Under the pieces are notes generated by a model, which ran no database searches, had not been told where the DNA came from, and saw only the letters and a program-made list of their open reading frames with translations. 64,000 bases of DNA from Candidatus Marinacidobacterales bacterium. Its GTDB lineage: Bacteria > Acidobacteriota > Vicinamibacteria > Marinacidobacterales > DATDRI01. Shown here one piece after another: positions 1 through 9,146 of this stretch. The DNA lies in assembly GCA_965226495.1 (NCBI GenBank), contig OZ245365.1, positions 576,001 through 640,000 of the forward strand, written 5' to 3'. The translations under genes and the position numbers were made by a program. Numbering within the stretch: the stretch's first letter is position 1; the number at the start of each line of letters is the position of its first letter.

Positions 1-1214
1 ATGAAATCCAAGCTCATCGCGCCCAAGTAACTTCCTTTCCAGCCGAGCCACAGGGCACCGAGCGAGCAGCAGATTCCCGTGAGAAGCGCGGCGAAGAGCC
101 GCATACTTCCCTGGGGAGTCGCCATACCGCCTTCCGCGCGCGGGGTGCCAAGCCCGTAACCGAGTCCGGCTGCGCCTCCAAGTACGATTCCTTCGAACCC
201 CCCCGCGACGGGCGAGAGGTCTCGACCGAAAAGGCCTTCTAGCGTCAAGCGGCCGAGAAGATGTGCCGCGACCCCAATCGTTCCCCCGCCAAGCACACCC
301 ATGACCACGAGGGCGGGACCACGAAACGATCGAAAGAGCGCTTCGGCCGCGGCTAGGCCCGCTCCCACGCCGGCCGCTCCGACGCCTCCGATCGCGAATC
401 CCACTATCGCCAAGGCGATGAGAACGCCGTCGTTTGCGACGGAACCTGGACCGAACCGAAGCACGAGCCCACCCGCGAATCCCGCGACTAGGCCTGCCAA
501 CGCACCACCCGCAGCGGCGGCAACCCAACGACTGCCCACAAGACGGAGCGCACGTCGGAGTCGCAATACGACGAGATGGAAAGCGGCGGTCAAACCGCCC
601 GGCTCACCCAGCAGAGGCACCGACTCGGCGGCCGGCACATCCCAGCGGGTATCCCGGAGGAGTGCGCGCGCTCGCGCATGTCCTTTCCTTCGATCCAGCC
701 GGCGAAGGGCCTCGGATGTACCAAGAAGATGAAGTGCTTCGGCCGCTTCCCGCCGATCGTCATCGTCGCTGGGCTCCGCCGCACCGGAGTCCGGGGCGAG
801 CAGGCGCTCGAACGCGGATTCCCAGGCGGCTTTTGTGGCAGGCTCGGACCCGCTTGCCTCTTCTGTCACAGACGGACCGTTCGTTAGGGGAGTGTCGTCG
901 GCCTCTTCCACGACGTCGGCAAAGACGAACCGATAACCGTGGCGCGATACGGTGCGGATAAAGACGGGGTCCTTTGAATCGTCGCCCAGCGCGCGCCTCA
1001 GGGTCCTGATGGCCTGGGTGAGGGCGCCATCCGAGACGATGACATCGTTCCAAACTGCATCCATTATCTCCTGGCGGTGGACGGCCTCGTTCCGCCTCGC
1101 AATGAGGAGCAACAACAGGTCGAAATAGCGAGGGATGAGGGGAGCTTCTGTGCCCTCGCGGAGAAGGGTCCGTCGCGAAGGAGAGACGATGAAGTCGGCG
1201 AAGCGGTAACGCAA
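1..1214 (-). CDS. ToxR/CadC-like winged-helix (Trans_reg_C) transcriptional regulator with multi-pass membrane C-terminus; 3' end beyond window edge
   Basis: Not in the ORF track because it has no stop in the window. Manual translation from TTG at 1214: LRYRFADFIVSPSRRTLLREG...YFDLLLLLIARRNEAVHRQEIMDAVWNDVIVSDGALTQAIRTLRRALGDDSKDPVFIRTVSRHGYRF, an OmpR-type wHTH signature, followed by several Gly/Ala-rich hydrophobic helices. Exact start uncertain. Confidence 0.85.
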   Translation of the reverse strand, partial: MRYRFADFIVSPSRRTLLREGTEAPLIPRYFDLLLLLIARRNEAVHRQEIMDAVWNDVIVSDGALTQAIRTLRRALGDDSKDPVFIRTVSRHGYRFVFADVVEEADDTPLTNGPSVTEEASGSEPATKAAWESAFERLLAPDSGAAEPSDDDDRREAAEALHLLGTSEALRRLDRRKGHARARALLRDTRWDVPAAESVPLLGEPGGLTAAFHLVVLRLRRALRLVGSRWVAAAAGGALAGLVAGFAGGLVLRFGPGSVANDGVLIALAIVGFAIGGVGAAGVGAGLAAAEALFRSFRGPALVVMGVLGGGTIGVAAHLLGRLTLEGLFGRDLSPVAGGFEGIVLGGAAGLGYGLGTPRAEGGMATPQGSMRLFAALLTGICCSLGALWLGWKGSYLGAMSLDF

Positions 1215-1421
1215 CGGGTCGTAGTTTAGTACCCTCTCGCAGCGATGACAACGTGAGTGGTTGTTCGGATCCCGGAGCCCGCATATACTCTCGCCGGGTC
1301 CTGCCCAGGAGACTTTTCAATGAGCAAGTCGCAATCTGTTCTATTGTGTGAAGGTAAGCACGATTACGAAAAGTACCTCAAAATCCCGCAGCTTCTAGAC
1401 TGCCAAAAGCACTGAGCCTTC

Positions 1422-2621
1422 GTGATGGACGAGCTTCTCAGCTGGCGGCCCCAGTTTCCCATTCTCGAGAACACCGTCTACATGATTAGTAACTCGCTGG
1501 GTGCGATGCCCCGCGGGGTCTATGACCGCATGCGAGAGTATGCGGACACCTGGGCGACGCGCGGTGTCCGCGCCTGGGGCGACGGCTGGATGGATATGCC
1601 GGTTGCGGTCGGGAACCTCGTCGGCGAAATCATTGGCGCCGCGCCCGGCGAAATGACGATGCATCAAAACGTGACCATCGCGGAAGCCATCGTGACGTCG
1701 TGCTTCGACTTCGAGCCGCCCCGCAATCGGATCGTTTACACCGACATGAATTTTCCTTCGGTGATGTACCTCCACGAAGCGCAGAAGAGCCGTGGAGCGG
1801 AAGTCGTCATGGTGGAATCCGACGACGGCATCAGTGTCCCCACCGAGAAGGTTATCGCCGCCATCGACGAGCGAACGCTGCTGGTTCCGATCTCACACGT
1901 TCTATTCCAAAGCGCCTCCGTACAAGATGCTCGCGCCATCATCGAACATGCCCACCAGATGGGGGCTTACGTCATCCTAGACGTTTTCCAATCCGCCGGG
2001 ATTGTCCCGTTCGACATCAAGGAGCTCGACGCCGACTTTGCGGTGGGCGGCGTGCTCAAGTGGCTTTGCGGAGGACCGGGAGGAGCGTTTCTCTATGTGC
2101 GACCCGATCTGGTGCAGAAGTTGGAGCCGCGATTGACGGGGTGGATGGGGCATGCCCATCCGTTCGATTTCGAGATCGGCCCGATTCAGTACCGGGAGGA
2201 CGGTTACCGGTTCTTGAACGGAACTCCGGGCGTCCCCGCGCTTTATGCCGTCGAGCCCGGCTGCCGCATCGTATCCGAGATCGGTGTGGAGAAGATTCGG
2301 GAGAAGTCCAAGCGGCAGACTTCCCGGCTCATGGAGCTTGCTGGGGAGAAAGGCTACGAAACGCGAACGCCCGTCGACCCGGCGCGTCGCGGCGGCACGG
2401 TGTCGATAATGATGCCTCATGCGTACGAGGTCTCGCGCGAGCTCCTGAGACGGGAGTTCCTAGTGGACTATCGCCCGCAGGCGGGCATTCGAGTTTCACC
2501 GCATTTCTACACGAAAGACGAGGAGCTAGATCTAACGATTGAAGAGATCGGAAAGATTCTGGAGACCAAGGCCTATGAGCGCCATGAGCTGGCACCTGGA
2601 ACCAAGGCCAAGGTCACTTGA
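1422..2621 (+). CDS. Class-V PLP-dependent enzyme, kynureninase-like
   Basis: YMISNSLGAMP (kynureninase-like NSLG), SHVLFQ, LDVFQSAG, PLP-lysine motif GGVLKWLCGGPG, GWMGH, IRVSPHFY. Start is GTG 1422 or ATG 1425. Confidence 0.85.
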   Translation: MMDELLSWRPQFPILENTVYMISNSLGAMPRGVYDRMREYADTWATRGVRAWGDGWMDMPVAVGNLVGEIIGAAPGEMTMHQNVTIAEAIVTSCFDFEPPRNRIVYTDMNFPSVMYLHEAQKSRGAEVVMVESDDGISVPTEKVIAAIDERTLLVPISHVLFQSASVQDARAIIEHAHQMGAYVILDVFQSAGIVPFDIKELDADFAVGGVLKWLCGGPGGAFLYVRPDLVQKLEPRLTGWMGHAHPFDFEIGPIQYREDGYRFLNGTPGVPALYAVEPGCRIVSEIGVEKIREKSKRQTSRLMELAGEKGYETRTPVDPARRGGTVSIMMPHAYEVSRELLRREFLVDYRPQAGIRVSPHFYTKDEELDLTIEEIGKILETKAYERHELAPGTKAKVT

Positions 2622-2636
2622 GGTGGTGCACATACC

Positions 2637-2721
2637 GGGGGTCAGATCCCAAAATATCACAAGGGTCAGATCCAAAAATGTGCACGGCACGGGACCGATG
2701 CACAAAACTGGATTAGACCCC
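2637..2721. repeat. Intergenic REP/MITE-like element: two direct GGGTCAGATCC-AAAA units plus an inverted copy
   Basis: ggggtcagatcccaaaa (2638) and agggtcagatccaaaaatgtgca (2662). The downstream tgcacaaaactggattagacccc (2699-2721) is an imperfect reverse complement of the second unit. Confidence 0.55.
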
Positions 2722-2766
2722 GGGTTAAGTACGTGCTAATTAATCGATTTAAAAGGAGGTAGAGCT

Positions 2767-4275
2767 ATGCAAGGAATGATGCAGCAGACCGCCGTTCTAC
2801 TAGCGGAGCTACTTGGCCCCCAAGTCGTTCGCATTGTTGGCGCGTTGGTCATATTGGTAGCGGGGTGGTTGATCGCCCTCTTGGCGGCGGCCATCACAAA
2901 GGGGGCGCTCAAGCGCACGACGTTAGATAATCGACTGGCGGAGTGGATTCTAGACGAGAAGACGGCCAAAGGTTTCGAAATCGAGAAATGGGTCGCCAAA
3001 GCCGTCTATTACCTGATTCTGGTCTTCGCGGTGGTGGGGTTTTTCAATGCCTTGCAGCTCACCGTGATTAGCCAGCCACTCACTGGTTTTTTAAACCAGC
3101 TCTTCGGGTACATAGACAACCTCATCGGGGCTGGGGTTCTCGTTCTAGCCGCCTGGCTTGTGGCGACGCTGCTAAGGAAAATTGTGGGTGGCGCGTTGGA
3201 CATGGCCAAACTCGATGAGCGCCTCGGCGGAGAGGCGGGGCTGAAGAAAGAGAAAGGCGCGCCGCTGAGCAAGACGTTGGCCGATGCCGTTTACTGGCTC
3301 GTCTTTCTGCTTTTTCTTCCCGCGATCCTGGAAGCACTCTCTTTGCAGGGGTTGTTGACCCCGGTACAGAACTTGGTGGATCGGATTCTCGGCTTCTTGC
3401 CGAACATTTTGGCGGCTGGCGTCATTCTAGCGGTCGGCTGGTTTATCGCCCGGATCGTTCAGCGAATCGTCACCAATCTACTCGCCGCGCTCGGTGCCGA
3501 TCGTTTGGGCGAGAAGGTCGGGATCAGCAAGGCACTGGGAACTCGTACGCTTTCTGGCCTCCTGGGGTTGATCGTCTACATTCTGATCCTGGTCCCAGTG
3601 TTGATCTCTTCTCTCAATGCTTTGGCGCTCGACGCCATCACCCGGCCGGCCAGCAACATGCTGGAGAGTGTCATGGGTGCGATTCCCTCGATCTTCGCCG
3701 CCGTGATCCTCTTGACGCTGGCGTACGTCGTGGGTCGGCTCGTCTCGGGTCTCGTCAGTAATCTCTTGGCGGGGGCCGGTTTCGACAACGTGCTGGAGCG
3801 GATCGGACTCGCCAAGGCGAAGTCTGCCAAGGCAGACCGTACTCCGTCCGCCATCGTCGGGTATCTCCTCCTAGTCGGCATCATGCTCTTCGCCTCCATT
3901 GAAGCGGCAGGATTGCTCGGATTCGCGAGTCTTGCGGCCTTGGTGTCCGGATTCGTGGTCTTCGCAGGTCAGGTGATTCTGGGGTTGGTCGTTTTCGGAG
4001 TCGGTCTCTATCTCGCGAACCTTGCTGCTAGTACCATCGAAGCGAGCTCGTCGGCTCAGGCCGGGTTGTTCGCCATCGTGGCGCGCATCTCCATCATCAT
4101 CTTGTCGGGCGCGATCGCCTTGCGACAGATGGGACTCGCCAACGAGATCATCGAGCTCGCGTTCGGCATCCTTCTGGGCTCCGTCGCGGTAGCCGCGGCC
4201 CTCGCCTTCGGGCTCGGCGGAAGAGATATCGCCGCCAAGCAGCTCTCCGGCTGGCTGGGTTCCATCAAGAAATAG
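2767..4275 (+). CDS. Conserved TM-helix repeat membrane protein (CmpX / MscS-associated family)
   Basis: Strong RBS AAAGGAGGT. Repeated units of the type FLPNILAAGVILAVGWFIAR / IPSIFAAVILLTLAYVVGR, and a C-terminal ALAFGLGGRD motif. Confidence 0.8.
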   Translation: MQGMMQQTAVLLAELLGPQVVRIVGALVILVAGWLIALLAAAITKGALKRTTLDNRLAEWILDEKTAKGFEIEKWVAKAVYYLILVFAVVGFFNALQLTVISQPLTGFLNQLFGYIDNLIGAGVLVLAAWLVATLLRKIVGGALDMAKLDERLGGEAGLKKEKGAPLSKTLADAVYWLVFLLFLPAILEALSLQGLLTPVQNLVDRILGFLPNILAAGVILAVGWFIARIVQRIVTNLLAALGADRLGEKVGISKALGTRTLSGLLGLIVYILILVPVLISSLNALALDAITRPASNMLESVMGAIPSIFAAVILLTLAYVVGRLVSGLVSNLLAGAGFDNVLERIGLAKAKSAKADRTPSAIVGYLLLVGIMLFASIEAAGLLGFASLAALVSGFVVFAGQVILGLVVFGVGLYLANLAASTIEASSSAQAGLFAIVARISIIILSGAIALRQMGLANEIIELAFGILLGSVAVAAALAFGLGGRDIAAKQLSGWLGSIKK

Positions 4276-4282
4276 GAGGAGC

Positions 4283-4711
4283 GTGGATCGGTTTAGCATC
4301 GAGCACCGCGTGCCATGGCCCGACGTCGATCTCGTTGGGGTCGTCTATTTCGCCCGCTTCTTGAGCTATTTCGAGTTGGCGGAAGTGGAGTGGATGAGGG
4401 CGCAAAAGATCGACTACGAGGGCCTTCTAAACAAAGAGAAGATTTGGTTACCGAGGGTGTCGGCTCACTGTGACTATCAGTCGCCGGCACGGTTCGGTGA
4501 TTTGCTTTCGATTGCGATGAAGCTCGGCCGCGTGGGTCGGTCGAGCTTCAAGTTGGTCTATGAGGTCCATCGTCTCCCTGAGCGCACACACCTCGCGGAT
4601 GGTTACATCGTGGCCGCGGCCGTCTCCCGCAGTACCTTCAAAGCGGTCCCGCTTCCGGATCAACTGCGAGAGGTTCTCCAAACGCTGGAAGTGGAACAGG
4701 ACAAGAACTAA
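4283..4711 (+). CDS. Hotdog-fold acyl-CoA thioesterase (4HBT/YbgC family)
   Basis: RVPWPDVDLVGVVYFARFLSYFELAE motif, CDYQSPARFGD, GRSSF. RBS AGGAG before the GTG. Confidence 0.85.
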   Translation: MDRFSIEHRVPWPDVDLVGVVYFARFLSYFELAEVEWMRAQKIDYEGLLNKEKIWLPRVSAHCDYQSPARFGDLLSIAMKLGRVGRSSFKLVYEVHRLPERTHLADGYIVAAAVSRSTFKAVPLPDQLREVLQTLEVEQDKN

Positions 4712-4716
4712 AGCCC

Positions 4717-5901
4717 ATGGCGAAGGCAGTGAATCAGGAAGCGGCGAAACTCAGTCCGACCGAGTTCCGCAAACGTTTTCCCATCTTCGAGTCCAAGATA
4801 CTCGTCAATAGCTGCGCGAAGGGTGCCCTTTCCGGAGAGGTGGAGGAGGCCTACGACCGCTACCTCCATTCTTGGCGAACCGGCGGTTCCCCCTGGGACG
4901 AGTGGGTCGGCGTTCTGGAGAGCACCCGCTCCGCCTACTCGGAGTTTCTCGGCTGCGCCCCCGACCAGTTGGCGCTGACTTATTGCGCCTCCACCGCGAT
5001 GAACGTGATCGCAAGCGCCTTGGATTTCAGCGGCCAACGAAACAAGATCATCGTTGGCGATTTCGAGTTTCCTACTTCGGCACAGATCTGGTTTGCGCAG
5101 CAACGGCGCGGAGCCCAGATCACTCGAATTCGTGCCGACGGCGCGGGCAGCAAGCTACCGCTCGAAGCGTATGCTCGCGGCATCGACGAGGAGACGTTGC
5201 TCGTACCCACCACGCATGTGTGCTTCCGGAACGGTTTCCGGGTGGACATTCGCGGCGTGGCACGGGCGGCCCGAGAAGCCGGTGCCTATTCCCTGGTCGA
5301 CGACTACCAGTGTTGCGGGACCCGGCCCATTGACCTGAAGGATCTGGACTGTGATTTCCTGTTGAGCGGCTGCTACAAGTATCTCCTCGGTTCCTCGGGG
5401 CTCGCGTTTTTGTATGTGAGGGAGGAGCTCATCCAGAAGCTAGAACCGACGGTGACCGGGTGGTTCGCACAAGAGAATCCATTTGCCTTCGACATCGAGC
5501 GGCAGACGTACCACGCGACGGCTCGTCGATTCGAGACGGGGACACCACCCGTGCCCAGCCTCTACGCCGCGGAAGCCGGCATCCGGTTAGTGATGGAGGT
5601 CGGCCTCGAGCGTATCCGCGATCACGTCGAGAAGTTGGTTACCGAGGCCATCCGAAAGGCGCGTGAAAGGGGCATCGAGATCTTGACTTCAGACGATCCC
5701 GCCGAGCACGGTCCGTTAGTGGTATTGCGTTCAACGGACTCCAGCAAAGCGGTGGCTGTCCTGGAAAAAGAAGGAATCATCACGTCCAACCGGCACGACG
5801 GCCTGCGCCTGAGCTTTCACTATTACAACGTGCCGGAAGATGTCGATGCGATTTTCGATGTCCTGGATCGACACCCCAAGCTCATGGTACGAACAAAGTA
5901 G
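4717..5901 (+). CDS. Class-V PLP-dependent enzyme (second kynureninase / cysteine-desulfurase-like paralogue)
   Basis: VNSCAKGALS, THVCFRNG, VDDYQCCG, SGCYKYLLGSSG (PLP Lys), RRFETGTP, LRLSFHYYN. Confidence 0.85.
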   Translation: MAKAVNQEAAKLSPTEFRKRFPIFESKILVNSCAKGALSGEVEEAYDRYLHSWRTGGSPWDEWVGVLESTRSAYSEFLGCAPDQLALTYCASTAMNVIASALDFSGQRNKIIVGDFEFPTSAQIWFAQQRRGAQITRIRADGAGSKLPLEAYARGIDEETLLVPTTHVCFRNGFRVDIRGVARAAREAGAYSLVDDYQCCGTRPIDLKDLDCDFLLSGCYKYLLGSSGLAFLYVREELIQKLEPTVTGWFAQENPFAFDIERQTYHATARRFETGTPPVPSLYAAEAGIRLVMEVGLERIRDHVEKLVTEAIRKARERGIEILTSDDPAEHGPLVVLRSTDSSKAVAVLEKEGIITSNRHDGLRLSFHYYNVPEDVDAIFDVLDRHPKLMVRTK

Positions 5902-5902
5902 A

Positions 5903-7933
5903 GTGGCCTACGTCCTAGGAACGAGAAGCCTTTCCAAGGTCGGCATCGTCGGCTCTGGCCAGATCGGTCCCGACATCGCCCTTCACTTCACCAAGGTGCT
6001 TCATGAACACGACGTTCCTGTGGTGGTGGTGGATATCGCGCTCGATGCGCTTGCCGCCGGCCGTGCCAAGCTCGTCAAGAAAATAGACAAAGGCGTCGAG
6101 ACCAAGGCCTTCAAACCGGAGCAGGCTGAGGCCATGAAGGCCAACGTCACCTTCACCGGAGACTACCAGGAGCTGGCCGGCGCTAGCTTGGTTATTGAAG
6201 CGGCTTCGGAAGATGAGGGACTGAAGCAACGCATCTTCGCGCACGTCGAAGAGCTGGCCGCCCCCGATGCGATCCTCGCTTCCAACTCCTCCCACCTCGA
6301 GCCGGAGCGAGTCTTTGCCAAGTCCAAGGACCCATCTCGAGCCCTGGTCATTCATTACTTCTTTCCGGCGGAGCGCAATCCACTAGTGGAAGTCATTCCA
6401 GGCGCGAAGACCGACCAGAGTCTCGTCGATTGGCTGCTTCAATTCTACGAAGCCATCGGCAAGGTTCCGATTCGTGTGGGGAGTCGTTACGGGTACGCGG
6501 TGGATCCAGTGTTCGAGGGAATCTTCCAGGCGGCCGCGCTCTCAGTCGAGGAAGGACTCGGTACGGTCGAAGAGGTCGACTACGTTGCCGCGAAGGCCCT
6601 GGGGCTCGGAGTCGGGCCCTTCACCGCCATGAACCTGACGGGCGGTAATCCGCTCACCGCACACGGGCTCACCGAGATGCATGAGCGGGTGAATCCCTGG
6701 TTCAAGACCCCGGAGCTCATGCGGCAGGTCATAGAGGAGGGACGCCCTTGGGATGCTGCCACGCGGGGTCAGATCCCGGATGTAGCACCGGAGGCGGCAG
6801 CCAAGATCACTGCACGCTTGCAGGGGGCTTTCTTCGGCTTGGTGGGTGAAGTGCTCGACAGCGGTATCACCAACGTCGCCGATCTCGAGATGGCGATTCA
6901 AATAGGCTTGGTCATGCGGCCGCCGTTTCAGTTCATGAACGAGCTGGGCCCAGCGAATGCGCTGGAGTTGGTGCGCAGCTATAAAGAGGTCCACGAAGAT
7001 TTCCCGGTGGCGGAAACCCTTGTGCGCCAGGCGGAATCGGGAGAGCCTTGGGAAATCCCATTCGTGCTACGACGCGACGAGCAACGCGTCGCCATTCTCA
7101 CCATCCGGAGGCCGCAAGTCCTCAACGCCCTCAACCAAGACGTTTACACTCAACTCGACCGCCACTTGGCCGCCATTGCCGCGGATGATGAAGACGGCGG
7201 CATCGAGGGCGTCGTGATCACCGGGTTCGGACAGAAAGCCTTCGTCTCCGGCGCCGATATTTCCATGATCGCCGCCGTCCGTTCGCCCGAGGAAGGGGAG
7301 AAGCTTTCGCAAAGCTCCCATGCCACCATGAATCACATCGAGAACTTTGCGAAGCCCGTGATCTGTGCCTACAACGGGCTTGCCTTCGGCGGTGGCAACG
7401 AGCTGGCCATGGCGTGTCATGGGCGAATCGCTCGGAAAGGCTTGAAAATCCTCGCCGCGCAGCCAGAGCCTAACCTGGGAATCATCCCCGGTTCCGGAGC
7501 AACACAGCGCCTCCCCCGGCTCGTGGGTTTCGAGACCGCATGGCCGATGTTGCGCACCGGCCGCCCCATCTCGGGCGCAGAGGCCGTAGACATCGGCCTC
7601 ATTGATGAAGAGGTGGAAGGTGATTTGGTGGCAGCGGCAGTCGCCCTTACGAAGGGGGCCGCTTCCGGGCAGAAGGCACTGAAGCGCATCGCGCGCGAAC
7701 CCATCGAACTTCTGGTCCAACTACCGGATGTCGAGCTCGGTCACTTGTCCCGCGCCGTCGACGCGGTGCTTCAGAAGGCAGTCCTCGAGGGAGCGAAGAT
7801 GTCTTTGGAGGAAGGTTTGCGTTTCGAGTCCTGGTGCTTCGGGGAAGGGTGCGGGCTCGAGGACATGCGGATCGGCGTCGACAACTTCATCGAGAACGGA
7901 CCCCGTTCAAAGGCCTCGTTCGTTCACCGTTAG
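5903..7933 (+). CDS. Bifunctional 3-hydroxyacyl-CoA dehydrogenase (N-terminal) / enoyl-CoA hydratase (C-terminal)
   Basis: GIVGSGQIG Rossmann motif, VIEAASED, LASNSSH, HYFFPA..LVE; crotonase motifs IRRPQVLNALN, AFVSGADI, GGGNELAMAC, QPEPNLGIIPG.GATQRL. GTG 5903 is preferred over 5840 because it avoids overlapping the previous gene. Confidence 0.9.
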   Translation: MAYVLGTRSLSKVGIVGSGQIGPDIALHFTKVLHEHDVPVVVVDIALDALAAGRAKLVKKIDKGVETKAFKPEQAEAMKANVTFTGDYQELAGASLVIEAASEDEGLKQRIFAHVEELAAPDAILASNSSHLEPERVFAKSKDPSRALVIHYFFPAERNPLVEVIPGAKTDQSLVDWLLQFYEAIGKVPIRVGSRYGYAVDPVFEGIFQAAALSVEEGLGTVEEVDYVAAKALGLGVGPFTAMNLTGGNPLTAHGLTEMHERVNPWFKTPELMRQVIEEGRPWDAATRGQIPDVAPEAAAKITARLQGAFFGLVGEVLDSGITNVADLEMAIQIGLVMRPPFQFMNELGPANALELVRSYKEVHEDFPVAETLVRQAESGEPWEIPFVLRRDEQRVAILTIRRPQVLNALNQDVYTQLDRHLAAIAADDEDGGIEGVVITGFGQKAFVSGADISMIAAVRSPEEGEKLSQSSHATMNHIENFAKPVICAYNGLAFGGGNELAMACHGRIARKGLKILAAQPEPNLGIIPGSGATQRLPRLVGFETAWPMLRTGRPISGAEAVDIGLIDEEVEGDLVAAAVALTKGAASGQKALKRIAREPIELLVQLPDVELGHLSRAVDAVLQKAVLEGAKMSLEEGLRFESWCFGEGCGLEDMRIGVDNFIENGPRSKASFVHR

Positions 7934-7935
7934 TG

Positions 7936-8889
7936 TTACTGCTTGCGAGTGTCCAACAGTTGTTCCCACGCGTCACGTAGGCCTAGCCCTCGAGCAACAC
8001 CCTCGAGGCGCGATGCGACCGGACCCGGTATCGGAATCCCGTTCGCCCTCCGTTCTTCCTCGGCTTCGTACTCTGGTTCGCCTGGATAGTAGATACGCGC
8101 TCCGCTCGAGCCGGATGATGCCTTCAGCTTCTTGAGCAACTCGCCGATCCGGTTGCGAAAGCGCAGCCAGGGACCAAAGGCTTCGATCTGGATCGCTGCG
8201 AAGAAATGGCCGATATGTGCGGCCTCCGAGCCGTCTCCTTTAGCACCGGAGAGCTCGGTGCCGAAGGAGCCTCCCGACAGGATGCCGCACAAGATCTCGA
8301 CGGCTAGACTCAACTCGTCCTGTTGCCGCCCCGAATCGACTTCACGAGTCGTGAAATCGAGAACGAAGGGACTGCCGTCTTCCAGCGCTGGAATAGCGAT
8401 GGCCGCTGGGTTTGCACCGTGGAACGGTGTGGAACCACCGGGTGGGGCTACGGGGACGTCGTTTGTCATCACTATCCCTACCATCTTCTCGGGAAACGCC
8501 ATCCGCGCGTAATAGCTCAACATGCCCAGCTGATTGCTCTTCCTGACGGCAACGGCAGCCACACCGTTCCTCGAGGCCTTCGTGACGGCGAGCTCCATGG
8601 CTTTTGCTCCCACGACGGGTCCGGGACCGTTGTCACCATCGATGGTTGCCGCAGCCGCGATTTCCTGGACGACTTTGATTTCGGGCGTCGGGTTCACCAA
8701 ACGCGCCGACAAACGATCGGCGTAGAAGGGAATTCGCGCCACGCCTTGGCTTTCTACGCCCGCAAGATCGGCCGCCACGATCGCTTCTGCGATCGTCGAG
8801 GCATCTTTTGGCGGCACCCGAAGTCGCTTAAAGATCTCGCGAACGAGGTAGTGGAGTTTTCCGGGATGAACAAAGAGAGTTTCCGCCAT
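7936..8889 (-). CDS. Ldh_2 (type-2 malate/lactate dehydrogenase, AllD/YiaK/ComC) family protein, probably catalytically altered
   Basis: A..IVAADLAGVESQGV, IDGDNGPG, GVAAVAVRKSNQLG, GANPAAIAIP, GHFFAAI, IYYPGEPE...R..NGIP. The family His positions are Gln here. Confidence 0.85.
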   Translation of the reverse strand: MAETLFVHPGKLHYLVREIFKRLRVPPKDASTIAEAIVAADLAGVESQGVARIPFYADRLSARLVNPTPEIKVVQEIAAAATIDGDNGPGPVVGAKAMELAVTKASRNGVAAVAVRKSNQLGMLSYYARMAFPEKMVGIVMTNDVPVAPPGGSTPFHGANPAAIAIPALEDGSPFVLDFTTREVDSGRQQDELSLAVEILCGILSGGSFGTELSGAKGDGSEAAHIGHFFAAIQIEAFGPWLRFRNRIGELLKKLKASSGSSGARIYYPGEPEYEAEEERRANGIPIPGPVASRLEGVARGLGLRDAWEQLLDTRKQ

Positions 8890-8961
8890 GAGGGTGTCGA
8901 AATCCTAGCCGCGGATGCGGGAGAAGTCAAAGGGAGAGAGGGTCAAGTTTTGCACTCTTGG

Positions 8962-9016
8962 GGGTGCAAGTCACCATATATGGGGACGTTCCGAGGAACC
9001 GTGGCCAACTCCCTAC
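8962..9016 (+). promoter_or_regulatory. Putative enhancer (UAS) boxes for a sigma-54 activator, giant gene 1
   Basis: CCATATATGGGGA, then GTGGccaactccCTAC starting 21 nt after ATGG. The same arrangement occurs upstream of all four giant genes. Confidence 0.65.
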
Positions 9017-9050
9017 ACCTGTTCCCCGGGCAAGACTCGTTGATCACCTC

Positions 9051-9107
9051 TAAGTGATTAGTTCATAAGCGACTTCGCAAGTAGCTTCGTCGGCACTAGT
9101 CTTGCTT
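9051..9107 (+). promoter_or_regulatory. IHF-like site plus sigma-54 -24/-12 promoter, giant gene 1
   Basis: TAAgtgaTTAGTT (9051-9063; two mismatches to YAANNNNTTGATW). cGGCActagtcTTGCT with GG 9092-93 and GC 9104-05 (GG-N10-GC). Confidence 0.75.
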
Positions 9108-9146
9108 TAACCACACACGATCGAGAGATCTCTGTCCGCCCGTTCT

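Noticed and set aside
301-1320. ORF-track calls 301..732, 434..961, 576..887 and 760..1320
   Set aside because: They overlap the wHTH membrane regulator on the minus strand, which has clear family motifs.
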